DNA of 64,000 bases. It comes from Dehalococcoidia bacterium. Lineage in GTDB: Bacteria; Chloroflexota; Dehalococcoidia; Lucifugimonadales; UBA1127. Shown one piece after another: positions 37,185 to 45,607 of the stretch. The DNA is taken from contig CBDHDD010000002.1 in assembly GCA_965261405.1 (NCBI GenBank), positions 499,395-563,394 on the forward strand, written 5' to 3'. The notes under the pieces are model-generated. The model saw only the letters and a program-made list of their open reading frames with translations, was not told the DNA's origin and ran no database searches. Within the stretch, counting starts at the first letter, position 1. Every line of letters starts with the position of its first letter. Position numbers and translations under genes: made by a program.

Positions 37185-38129
37185 TTACCGCACCCCGGCC
37201 GTTCACACTTGAACCGTGGCGCCCAGCACCAAGTAGGCGACCTCGACGCAATGTACAAACCCCCGCAGCCCCATATTGACGTTCAAACGAGGGCCCAACG
37301 GTGAACGCACAAAAGCGCCTCCCTCCAGGAGGTCTAGGAGGAACCCTTAGTCGTTCACACCGTCAGGCGGGCACCGCGGTCCAGCTAACTGACAGCTACC
37401 TAGGGCCGCGCCGTCGAACGCCTGGTCCGAAGTGCAGACATAGACACCACCGGACACTCCGGGTGAGGCAGATGCAACGAGACGATATGGGAGATACGAG
37501 CACACGGGACAGGCGGAAGAGGCCCCACGGGGGCGCCTCTGAGCTCCGGGTGGTCAGGGTCTTCGACAATCCCGGCCCCGACGCCGAGGACCGGCTGCGC
37601 CGCCTCGTCTCCCTCCTGCTTAAGTACGCCACCAGAGACGGGCAGTCTGCGTCCGAGAAGGACTCGCCTCCAGACGCCAGGCACATCGGCGACTGTCCCG
37701 AGGCCGAAGGCTGATGCGGTCCGAGTCGTGTCCAATGGTCATCAGCGTTGGGTCCCTGGCCATGCCGCTCTTGGTGAGCGAAGGTCCGTGCTCCGTCGAG
37801 TGAACGTGGCGGAGTAGTCCGTGAACAAGATGGCCGCATTCGGCGAGCAGGAGGCGCCGTACGCGGCCGTCCTCGGGGGCGTGTCGAAGAGCATCGACGC
37901 GGCCAAGGCGTCGGCTGCCCGTCCGGTGACCGCCGCCATGGCCGCCGCGTACTTGCTGACCGGGGATCGCGTCGTCGAGTTCGAGCAGTCGGGAGAACCG
38001 CGGACCAAGCACGGGGCTGCGCGCATCGAGCGGCTGGCGGCTGACCCAAAGCGACGGTTCGAACGCGGCTTCCCGTGACAGGACGTACAGCACCTGCGCC
38101 TGTTCTACCCCTCCTGCCCACCCGATCTG

Positions 38130-38154
38130 ATCTGCCAGACGCTGTCTGGCAGAT
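38130..38154. repeat. Perfect 11-bp inverted repeat with a 3-nt spacer
   Basis: atctgccagac-gct-gtctggcagat. Confidence 0.8.
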
Positions 38155-38301
38155 TCGACGCCGATCTCGCCGACCTGCGAATGGCGGGCCTTCCACTGCC
38201 CTCGTCCGCCTGCGTGGAGCTGCTGTCGGTCAGGGACGACAGCGCCCGAGAGTTCTGTGAGACCGAGGCGCTGCGAAGGGTAAGCAGCCCGGGTCTGCGC
38301 T

Positions 38302-38330
38302 TTGACGCCCCCTGTCCAGCGGGGTACAAT
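38302..38330 (+). promoter_or_regulatory. Sigma-70-like promoter (TTGACG-17 nt-TACAAT)
   Basis: ttgacg at 38302-38307, a 17-nt spacer, and tacaat at 38325-38330. It points toward the recombinase gene. Confidence 0.45.
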
Positions 38331-38425
38331 GGAGGGCAGAAAGTTGACCCGGCGATGCGACAAACATCCCGGGCCGTGGCGCCACCCGCGGGTAGCAGGT
38401 GATGCAAAGGCATTGTACCACCCGC

Positions 38426-38458
38426 AGACCCGCTCCCAACAGGAGGCGGGTCTTTTTG
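38426..38458 (+). terminator. Intrinsic-terminator-like hairpin plus T-tract, 28 nt upstream of the recombinase start
   Basis: agacccgc-[tcccaacaggag]-gcgggtct followed by tttttg. Confidence 0.55.
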
Positions 38459-38485
38459 ATTGCAGAGGATGTGAAGGGGGCAGCA

Positions 38486-40084
38486 ATGGCGAGAACCATC
38501 AATAGGAAGACCGAAATGAATCGGGCGGCCATCTACGCCCGCGTCTCGGACAAGAGCCAGGACGGAGAGGACAAGACCTCCCTCTCCGAGCAGACCGCCG
38601 ACATGGAGGCCTACTGCGCCCGCAAGGGCTTGCGCATCGTTGCCCGCTACCAGGAGGTGGGCCGGGGCTGGTCCAAGAAGCGCCCGGAGTTCCAGCGCAT
38701 GCTGGACGAGGCCCGCGAGGGCCGCTTCGACACCGTCGTCTGCTGGAAGTCCGACCGCCTGAGCCGGGGCATGTACCCTGCCGCCGCCCTCATGGAGGTG
38801 GTGGAGGCCTACCAGATCGGCCTGGAGGCGGTCATGGACGCCATCGACATGAAGACCTTCGGCCTCATGGCGGCCATCGGCAAGATCGAGTTGGACAACT
38901 TCCGCGAGCGGGCAACCATGGGCAAACGGGGGACGGCCAAGCAGGGGCGCATACCCTCAGGCGGAGTCCCCTACGGCTACCGCATCGGCGCGGACGGCAA
39001 GCCTGCAGTGGTGGAGGCTGAGGCTGAGATTGTGCAGCGCATCTTCCGCCAGTACGTTCACGAGGGGCTAGGGATACCGACGATTACCCGCCAGATCGAG
39101 GACGAAGGAGTCCCTACGGGAAAGCCAAGCGGCAAGCGTTGGTACGGTTCGCACCTCAATCGCATCCTGAGGAATGAGGCCTACAGGGGCACGTGGACCT
39201 ATGGCCGAAGCAGGCACGTTTCGACTGAGGACGGGAGAGTGACCTACCAGCAGCCAGAGGAGAACTGGATAGAGATACCATTCCCCCCGCTGGTGGACGA
39301 AAGAACCTGGGATATGGCCCAGAAGCTCAGGAAGCAGCGGCTGATCCGGTCCAAGAGGAACACCAAGGTGTTCTATCTGTTGCAGCACCTCGTCAGGTGC
39401 GCGGAGTGCGGGATGCTCTTTGGAGGGCGAGCAACGAATCAGAATACCGTGAGACGCCGCGGTAAGCTCTATCAGTACCACTTTGACACCCCCCGTCGGT
39501 ATTACCAGTGCTACGGGATGCAGAAGCACCAGTCTCGCTGCCGGCAGCATCCGTTCATCCGGGCGGAACGGTTGGAGGACCTGGTCTGGGGCGAGGTCAC
39601 GAGGGTGCTGCAGAATCCCGAGGTCATCGTGACTGGCATCGATGCTCTCAATGTACGGGAAGACCGCGGGGCGGCAGAGGAGCTCGCCAAAGCGGAGCGG
39701 GATCTGCGCGAGGTGCAGATGGAAGAAGAACGGTGCATCAGACTGTATGTGTCGGGGAAGATCACCGAGGACCAGCTCGACCATCAACGTAAGTTCGTTA
39801 CCGAACGCCTGGAGAGTCTCCGAGCAAGGGTGGAAGACTACCGCGCACAAAGAGCTACGGACACCGAGAGACGAGCACTTGCAGGGAGGCTGATCGAGTG
39901 GGCCCGGAAGTTTGGGGAGGGGACAGATGGGTTGAACGCTGAGCAGCGCCGAGAGATTCTGCTGCTTCTCGTTGACAGCGTCGCAATCGACCGTGACGAC
40001 AGCGTCAGCATCTCCCTGGCCATCCCTACTGGGGAGTTTTGTGCAAATGCAACCCCGAATAGTTCATGCTCGTCGGCGCGATGA
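38486..40084 (+). CDS. Large serine recombinase (island integrase)
   Basis: 'AAIYARVSDKSQ' (catalytic Ser region) and 'WKSDRLSRG'. Recombinase domain 'PYGYR...'. Zn-ribbon 'CAECG...YYQCYG...C'. C-terminal coiled coil. The ATG at 38486 follows gaaggggg. Confidence 0.9.
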   Translation: MARTINRKTEMNRAAIYARVSDKSQDGEDKTSLSEQTADMEAYCARKGLRIVARYQEVGRGWSKKRPEFQRMLDEAREGRFDTVVCWKSDRLSRGMYPAAALMEVVEAYQIGLEAVMDAIDMKTFGLMAAIGKIELDNFRERATMGKRGTAKQGRIPSGGVPYGYRIGADGKPAVVEAEAEIVQRIFRQYVHEGLGIPTITRQIEDEGVPTGKPSGKRWYGSHLNRILRNEAYRGTWTYGRSRHVSTEDGRVTYQQPEENWIEIPFPPLVDERTWDMAQKLRKQRLIRSKRNTKVFYLLQHLVRCAECGMLFGGRATNQNTVRRRGKLYQYHFDTPRRYYQCYGMQKHQSRCRQHPFIRAERLEDLVWGEVTRVLQNPEVIVTGIDALNVREDRGAAEELAKAERDLREVQMEEERCIRLYVSGKITEDQLDHQRKFVTERLESLRARVEDYRAQRATDTERRALAGRLIEWARKFGEGTDGLNAEQRREILLLLVDSVAIDRDDSVSISLAIPTGEFCANATPNSSCSSAR

Positions 40085-40560
40085 ACCCGTGCCCCTGCGG
40101 CTATTTCGGCGATCCGTTCCGGGCGTGTACCTGCGCTCGCAGCGCTGTTGTACGGTATCGAAACCGCATCTCCGGGCCGCTCCTCGACCGCATCGACATC
40201 ATCTTGCCCGTGCCCAGGGTGGACTATGACAAGTTGACGACGGACAGCGTCTCCGAGGCCTCAACGCAGGTGCGCCGCCGCGTCGAGACTGCCCGCGATC
40301 TCCAGCGCCGCCGCTTCGGCGAGTCCGCCATCCAATGCAACGCCGACATGGGTCCCTCTGAAGTGTGGACCCACTGCCAACTTGACGACGCCACGCAGGC
40401 GATGGCCAAGGCGGCCATGGACACGTTGCACCTCTCCGCGAGGGCCTACCACCGCACCCTCAAGCTCGCTCGCACCATCGCCGACCTGAGCGGCGCCGAG
40501 GCCGTTGGCGGCGACCATTTCCTGCAGGCCATGAACTACCGCCAGCGCGCCGAAGAGTAG
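40063..40560 (+). pseudogene. comM: 3' remnant of comM/yifB (Mg-chelatase-like ATPase) truncated by the island insertion
   Basis: 'FMLVGAMNPCPCGYFGD...CTC', 'ISGPLLDRIDI', 'LSARAYHRTLKLARTIADL'. A stop codon lies immediately upstream (40060-40062). No N-terminal ATPase part is in the window. Confidence 0.85.
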
Positions 40561-40581
40561 GGGCAACCCTCGTGGTTGCCC
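40557..40581. repeat. GC-rich hairpin repeat (REP-like), copy 1
   Basis: gtaggggcaaccctcgtggttgccc. The identical 25-mer is also at 44316-44340 and 51357-51381. Confidence 0.85.
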
Positions 40582-40717
40582 ACCCGCCCCTCCGCTGCCG
40601 CGCGCACCCCGCTCACATCACTGCGCCTTGCCCAACGTCCCCCGCGCAGCTATACTTTCCCTTATCGTCGCAAGCTGCCCGGCAATCCCATCGCACAGCG
40701 AAGGAGCCCATCGCGCC

Positions 40718-41086
40718 ATGTCCCTGATGCTGGAAGTGGAGGATAACGCCAACTGCGACGGCGTCCCCCAACTCATCTTCAACACCATGGGAGAGCCACG
40801 CCAGGTGGTCGAGGTCATCGCGGGCGATTTTGGGCAGGAGTCGACCCTGCACCGCGTTACCGGCTGGTCCAGTGAGGGCGACGGGAGCCCGTGCCCGGCC
40901 TATGCGGTGCACATCGAGGAGTCCGGCGCCGGGGAAGCATTGCTGGTCTACGGCGGCGATTGGGGTCTGCGCCTAATTCCCGCCTCCATCGAGGAGGAGT
41001 GGAGCCTTGACAGCCCCAACCAGTGGGGAGAGAACTTCCTCTCCCTGGACGATGAATCCCAAGTGAGGTTCGTCGATTCCGGGTAA
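40718..41086 (+). CDS. Hypothetical protein (~122 aa)
   Basis: The ATG lies 11 nt after aaggag. Acidic protein, no family recognised. Confidence 0.5.
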   Translation: MSLMLEVEDNANCDGVPQLIFNTMGEPRQVVEVIAGDFGQESTLHRVTGWSSEGDGSPCPAYAVHIEESGAGEALLVYGGDWGLRLIPASIEEEWSLDSPNQWGENFLSLDDESQVRFVDSG

Positions 41087-41111
41087 GTCCAATCTGACCA
41101 AGGAGCAAGAC

Positions 41112-41816
41112 GTGTCCAAGCTGATCATCATCGTCCTGGCGATACTGGCCGTCCTGGTTCTGACGGCATGTAACGGCGAAGAGGAAACAACGTCCTCGTC
41201 GAATGTTGTCACAACAACCACCACGACCACCACCACCACCTCAAACGAGCCCGAGCCTACTGCGGCGCCCGAACCCACCGCACAACCAGATTCGATGGGA
41301 GAAAACATGAGCATGCAATACGACAGCCCTCCAGCCACCGTGATTGACGAGGCCAAGACCTACAAGGCGGTGATCTCCACCACCCTTGGCGCCATCAATG
41401 TGGACCTCTTCGCGACGGAAGTCCCCAACACCGTCAACAACTTCGTATTCCTGGCGCGAGAGGGATTCTATGACAACGTCATCTTCCACCGCGTCATCCC
41501 CGGCTTCATGATTCAGGGCGGCGACCCCACCGGCACGGGGAGGGGTGGTCCGGGCTATCGCTTCAACGACGAACCAGTCCAGCGTCAGTACCTGCGCGGT
41601 ACGCTCGCAATGGCCAATTCCGGCGCCAACACCAACGGCAGCCAGTTCTTCATCATGCATCAGAATTACACCCTGCCGCCTCAGTACACTATCTTCGGCT
41701 TCGCAACGTCCGGTGTAGAGGTCGTCGACTCCATTGTGGCCTTGTCAAGGGACGCCAACGACAAACCCTTTGACCCGCCGCAGATCCTCTCGATTGAGAT
41801 CATCGAGGAGGGCTAG
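41112..41816 (+). CDS. Cyclophilin-type peptidyl-prolyl cis-trans isomerase, lipoprotein
   Basis: Lipobox 'VLTAC' and a poly-Thr linker. 'FHRVIPGFMIQGGDP', 'GTLAMANSGANTNGSQFFI'. Confidence 0.9.
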   Translation: MSKLIIIVLAILAVLVLTACNGEEETTSSSNVVTTTTTTTTTTSNEPEPTAAPEPTAQPDSMGENMSMQYDSPPATVIDEAKTYKAVISTTLGAINVDLFATEVPNTVNNFVFLAREGFYDNVIFHRVIPGFMIQGGDPTGTGRGGPGYRFNDEPVQRQYLRGTLAMANSGANTNGSQFFIMHQNYTLPPQYTIFGFATSGVEVVDSIVALSRDANDKPFDPPQILSIEIIEEG

Positions 41817-41839
41817 CCTCCACCCTCGCAAATGACCAC

Positions 41840-41879
41840 GGGCCCGGCGGAGACGATCCCGCCGGGCCCGTTGCTTTTT
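41840..41879 (+). terminator. Rho-independent terminator after the PPIase gene
   Basis: gggcccggcgg-[agacgatc]-ccgccgggccc followed by gttgcttttt. Confidence 0.7.
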
Positions 41880-42220
41880 GGACGGCTCAACAGGCTTTTG
41901 TGGCGTCGTTACCGTGCCGCCAATAGGCCCTTTCATCGCTTTTCATTTGCTTGCCTATTAGCCAGAGATGGGCATTTATGTAAGTTTTCTAAATGCCCCA
42001 GAAACTCCCTATGGAGATAGTACGCACGTTCTCTTGACACCCCCTTGACCCCCTTCTAAGGTCAAGGCACAGCGAAAGAGCAACCCCAAATCGCGCCCGT
42101 CTGAGGGGTGTGGCGCCCCACACGAACGGGCCCCGGGAATCCTGCCGAGGGCTGTCACACAACTTCTCAATGGCTTGGGTATTTATATCCTATTGGCATT
42201 GAGCGCGATGGAGGCGGGAC

Positions 42221-43057
42221 ATGCGTATGAAGGACCTCGAGATCCATCTCCTCACCGATGGCGCCGTGAAGGTTGACGGCGGGACCATGTTTGGACAAGT
42301 GCCCAGGGAATCCTGGGAGACCATGGTAAAGCCGGACCGGCGGCATCGTGTGCGGTGGGGGATCAACGCGCTCCTCATCCAATCCAAGGGCGTCAACATC
42401 CTCGTGGATGACGGCGCCGGCGCCAAGCTTGACGAGGAGGAGCGGGAGGACAAGGGCCTGAACTGCAACCGCCTCAAGAAGGAACTGCGCGAACTGGACC
42501 TGACACCCAGGGACATCCACTACGTCGTCCTCACCCACCTGCACTACCTGCACGCCGGTGGGAGCACCCGCCGCACCCGCAACGGCGATGTCGTCGCGGC
42601 GTTCCCACAGGCGCGGTACCTCGTGCAGCGGCACGCTTGGGAAGATGCCCTTTCCCCCACCGAGCTTGGTCGGCATTCCTTCAACACGGAGGACTTCCTG
42701 CCCCTGGAGAAATCTGGCCACCTGGAGTTGATCGACGGCGACTACGAGATCCTGCCCGGCGTCAACGTCCGCGTCACCGACGGTCATTGCCGCGGCCACC
42801 AGGTTGTGGTGGCGGAGCATCTGGGCAACCGCTTCGCCTACCTGGGTGACCTGGTGCCCAGCGCCTTTCACCTTGGCCTGCCGACCATCTCCTCCCAGGA
42901 CCAGTTCCCGGAGGACACGCTGACGCAGAAGCGCAAGCTCCTGGCCGCTGCGGAGCGCGACGGCTCGCTGCTGCTCTTCTCGCACGGTATGGATACCCGG
43001 GGCGGCTACTTGGAGCGCCGCAACGGCAAGCTGGCCCTGACGCCGGTGGCCGTCTAG
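42221..43057 (+). CDS. MBL-fold metallo-hydrolase
   Basis: 'VVLTHLHYLHAGG' is an HxHxDH-like motif. 'DGHCRGH'. 'LLLFSHG'. Confidence 0.8.
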   Translation: MRMKDLEIHLLTDGAVKVDGGTMFGQVPRESWETMVKPDRRHRVRWGINALLIQSKGVNILVDDGAGAKLDEEEREDKGLNCNRLKKELRELDLTPRDIHYVVLTHLHYLHAGGSTRRTRNGDVVAAFPQARYLVQRHAWEDALSPTELGRHSFNTEDFLPLEKSGHLELIDGDYEILPGVNVRVTDGHCRGHQVVVAEHLGNRFAYLGDLVPSAFHLGLPTISSQDQFPEDTLTQKRKLLAAAERDGSLLLFSHGMDTRGGYLERRNGKLALTPVAV

Positions 43058-43124
43058 CCCCAATCTCTCGGCAAACGAAAGGACCGGCGCCTCGCATACG
43101 GGACGCCGGTCCTTTCGCTTCGCT

Positions 43125-43159
43125 GCCCGTGCCCGTGCCGGTGCCGGTGCCGGTGCCCT
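43125..43159. repeat. Hexanucleotide microsatellite (GCCSGT) with about 6 units
   Basis: gcccgt gcccgt gccggt gccggt gccggt gccct. It lies just after a 13-bp-stem hairpin at 43077-43116. Confidence 0.8.
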
Positions 43160-43256
43160 GATGTTGTCCGTCTACTCCGGCAAAGTCGTATACTGGACAC
43201 GCGCTGACGGTTTGACTCGACCGCACGAACGCGCAAAACCCAGATAAGGACCTGCA

Positions 43257-44270
43257 ATGCAATACAGGCAGCTTGGCAAGACCAACTTGACCGTGTCCGA
43301 GGTGGGCTTCGGCGTCTGGACCGTCGCAACCAACTGGTGGGGGAAGATTGAGCCCGCTGACGGCGTCAAGCTCCTCCAGGAGGCCGTGGGCCTCGGCGTC
43401 ACCCTCTTCGACACCGCGGACACCTACAGCGAGGGCTTCGGTGAGGAGATTCTCGCCAAGGCCATCGGCTCCAACCGGCACGACGTGGTCTATGCGACCA
43501 AGTTCGGCTACGACATCTACAACGCCGTCCCACGAGAGGGCCACCGCGAGCGCCCCCAGGACTTCTCGCCGGACTTCATCCGCTTCGCCTGCGAGCAAAG
43601 CCTCCGCCGCCTCAACACGGACTACATCGACCTCTACCAGATGCACAACCCCCGCATCACCGCCATCGAACGCGACGAGGTCTTCAACACGCTGGAGGAA
43701 CTGGTGAGTGAGGGTAAGCTGCGCTACTACGGCGCCGCCCTTGGTCCAGACATCGGCTGGTTCGAAGAGGGCGACGCCTTCATGCGTGAGCGCGACGGTG
43801 CCTCGATGCAGATCATCTACAGCATCATCGAGCAGCAGCCTGCCCGAGACTTCTTCCCCATCGCGAAGGAGCACGAGATTGGTCTCCTCTCCCGAGTCCC
43901 CCATGCCTCCGAGATCCTGACGGAGAAGTTCCGTCACACGCCGCCGGTCTTCGACGCCGGCGACCACCGCGCGCACCGCAACCAGGCGTGGCTGGACGAG
44001 GCCGTCCGTAAGTTGGAGGAGTTGCGCTTCCTGCAGGAACACCACACCTTGGCAATGGACCAGCTGGCCATCACCTTCGCGTTGGCGGAGCCCGCAATCT
44101 GCGCCGTGCTGCCCAACATCACCAGCCGCGAGACGCTGCAGACATACGTCGCGGCGTCGGAGGCGGAGCGCCCCTGCGAGGACTGCCTGAAGCAGTTGCG
44201 TGAGGTCTTTGACGAGGTCTTCACCAAGGAGTTGGCCCCGCTGGACAAGGCGGGCAAGACCCGTCCGTAA
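43257..44270 (+). CDS. Aldo/keto reductase
   Basis: 'MQYRQLGKTNLTVSEVGFGVW', 'FDTADTYSEG', 'YIDLYQMHNP'. Confidence 0.9.
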   Translation: MQYRQLGKTNLTVSEVGFGVWTVATNWWGKIEPADGVKLLQEAVGLGVTLFDTADTYSEGFGEEILAKAIGSNRHDVVYATKFGYDIYNAVPREGHRERPQDFSPDFIRFACEQSLRRLNTDYIDLYQMHNPRITAIERDEVFNTLEELVSEGKLRYYGAALGPDIGWFEEGDAFMRERDGASMQIIYSIIEQQPARDFFPIAKEHEIGLLSRVPHASEILTEKFRHTPPVFDAGDHRAHRNQAWLDEAVRKLEELRFLQEHHTLAMDQLAITFALAEPAICAVLPNITSRETLQTYVAASEAERPCEDCLKQLREVFDEVFTKELAPLDKAGKTRP

Positions 44271-44284
44271 GGCGCTTCTCGGTC

Positions 44285-44340
44285 ATTCCGGCGCAGACCG
44301 GAATCCAGGGGAGGCGTAGGGGCAACCCTCGTGGTTGCCC
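44285..44340. repeat. Composite intergenic repeat: attccgg-N6-ccggaat hairpin plus REP-like copy 2
   Basis: attccggcgcagaccggaat (44285-44304) and gtaggggcaaccctcgtggttgccc (44316-44340). Confidence 0.8.
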
Positions 44341-44394
44341 GCCCCGTTCGTCCTGAGGCTCTCGAAGGAGGCGAACAGGATGGCGAGCGCTTGG

Positions 44395-44976
44395 CTACGT
44401 GCCGGGCGCGGGCGCGACCGGCGCGCCTTGGTCGGGCGCGTTTCGCCCATTGCGCGGACCTCGAGAGAAGTTCCCGCGACGGTTGTTGCCCCCGCGCTGC
44501 TGGCGGTTCTCGAGGGGCTGGGGCGGCGCCGGCGGCCGTCCAAGGATCTTGCGCATCTCTTCCTCGATGAACTCGTAGTCCTTGCGCGGCAGCAGGTGCA
44601 GTTCGTCCATGAGGGCATAGTGCCACATCTCCGGTGGCCACCGGCGCACGTACTCCATGCGCGGCCCAATCTGGTTGACCAGCAGGTACTTCTCCGACGG
44701 CAGCACGAAGTCCTGTGAAATCCGTACGCGGTACTTGAAGGACTCGCTGGCCTGATGGGCCGTCCACAGCGGGCTGTCGTCCTCGAACACCGGGGAGGAG
44801 ATGGTGGCCGTTGCGGGAAAGACACGCGAGCCTTTGACGTAGAACAGCAGGCGGTCGCCCTTGACCATTCGGTCGGTCTTGCGGCGCTGTCGAGTCCCAA
44901 ACCCCTGCACGCTGAACCCCTGGGCGCGCGTTACTTCAAAGTTCTCTTCTGAGATGCTGAGCATCCAATAGTTCAC
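44395..44976 (-). CDS. EVE (PUA-like) domain protein with a disordered RGG-rich tail
   Basis: 'MNYWMLSISEENFE...GDRLLFYVKG...' fits the EVE pattern. The C-terminus is 'RQQRGGNNRRGNFSRGPRNGR'. Confidence 0.65.
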   Translation of the reverse strand: MNYWMLSISEENFEVTRAQGFSVQGFGTRQRRKTDRMVKGDRLLFYVKGSRVFPATATISSPVFEDDSPLWTAHQASESFKYRVRISQDFVLPSEKYLLVNQIGPRMEYVRRWPPEMWHYALMDELHLLPRKDYEFIEEEMRKILGRPPAPPQPLENRQQRGGNNRRGNFSRGPRNGRNAPDQGAPVAPAPGT

Positions 44977-45076
44977 GCCGACCTCCTGGCCGCCGCAGCC
45001 TTCCGCCCCGGCGCGCCGTCATTATTTGTTCATTCAACGGAGCATCCCACGAGCCTCGAGACGTGTGGGGCTGCCC

Positions 45077-45574
45077 CTACTCCATGTTTGGCAGGCCCGC
45101 GGGGCCGACGCGGACCTTGCGGACCATGTCCACCATCTCCAGCCCTGCCACTGTCACGTCGAATCCCCGGTTGCCGAGCATTCCGCCGCTGCGGTCGAGC
45201 GCCTGCTGCTCCGTGTACGCCGTCAGCACCCCGAACATCACCGGCACGCCGCTCTCGCGCGACACCGCCGCGATTCCCGCCGCCGCCTGCTCCGAGACGT
45301 GCTCGAAATGCGCCGTCTCGCCCTTGATGACAACGCCCAGGCACACGATGACGTCGTAGCGGCCTGTCTTGGCCAGCTCAGCCGCGAGAAGGGGCAACTC
45401 AAAGGAACCGGGTACCCACGCGATGGTGAGGTCATCGTTCTGCACGTCATGCTGCTGGCACGCCACCAGAGAGCCCTCCAGCAGGCGCAGCGTGATCTGC
45501 TCGTTGAAGCGAGAGACTGCGATGGCGACCCGTACGCCTCGCCCTGTCCTCTCGCCTTCCAGTTCCGTTGCCAA
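45077..45574 (-). CDS. ribH: 6,7-dimethyl-8-ribityllumazine synthase
   Basis: 'VRVAIAVSRFNE', 'VPGSFELP', 'YDVIVCLGVVIKGETAHFEHV'. Confidence 0.9.
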   Translation of the reverse strand: MATELEGERTGRGVRVAIAVSRFNEQITLRLLEGSLVACQQHDVQNDDLTIAWVPGSFELPLLAAELAKTGRYDVIVCLGVVIKGETAHFEHVSEQAAAGIAAVSRESGVPVMFGVLTAYTEQQALDRSGGMLGNRGFDVTVAGLEMVDMVRKVRVGPAGLPNME

Positions 45575-45607
45575 TGTTCACGTCCTTGGCCGAGTTCAGC
45601 CGTCGTG

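Noticed and set aside
37396-38486. Two overlapping minus-strand ORFs of 266 and 288 aa.
   Set aside because: They are extremely Arg/Pro/Ser-rich and overlap each other in different frames. They have no motif. The region contains palindromes, a promoter and a terminator on the + strand. I treat it as non-coding or only sparsely coding.
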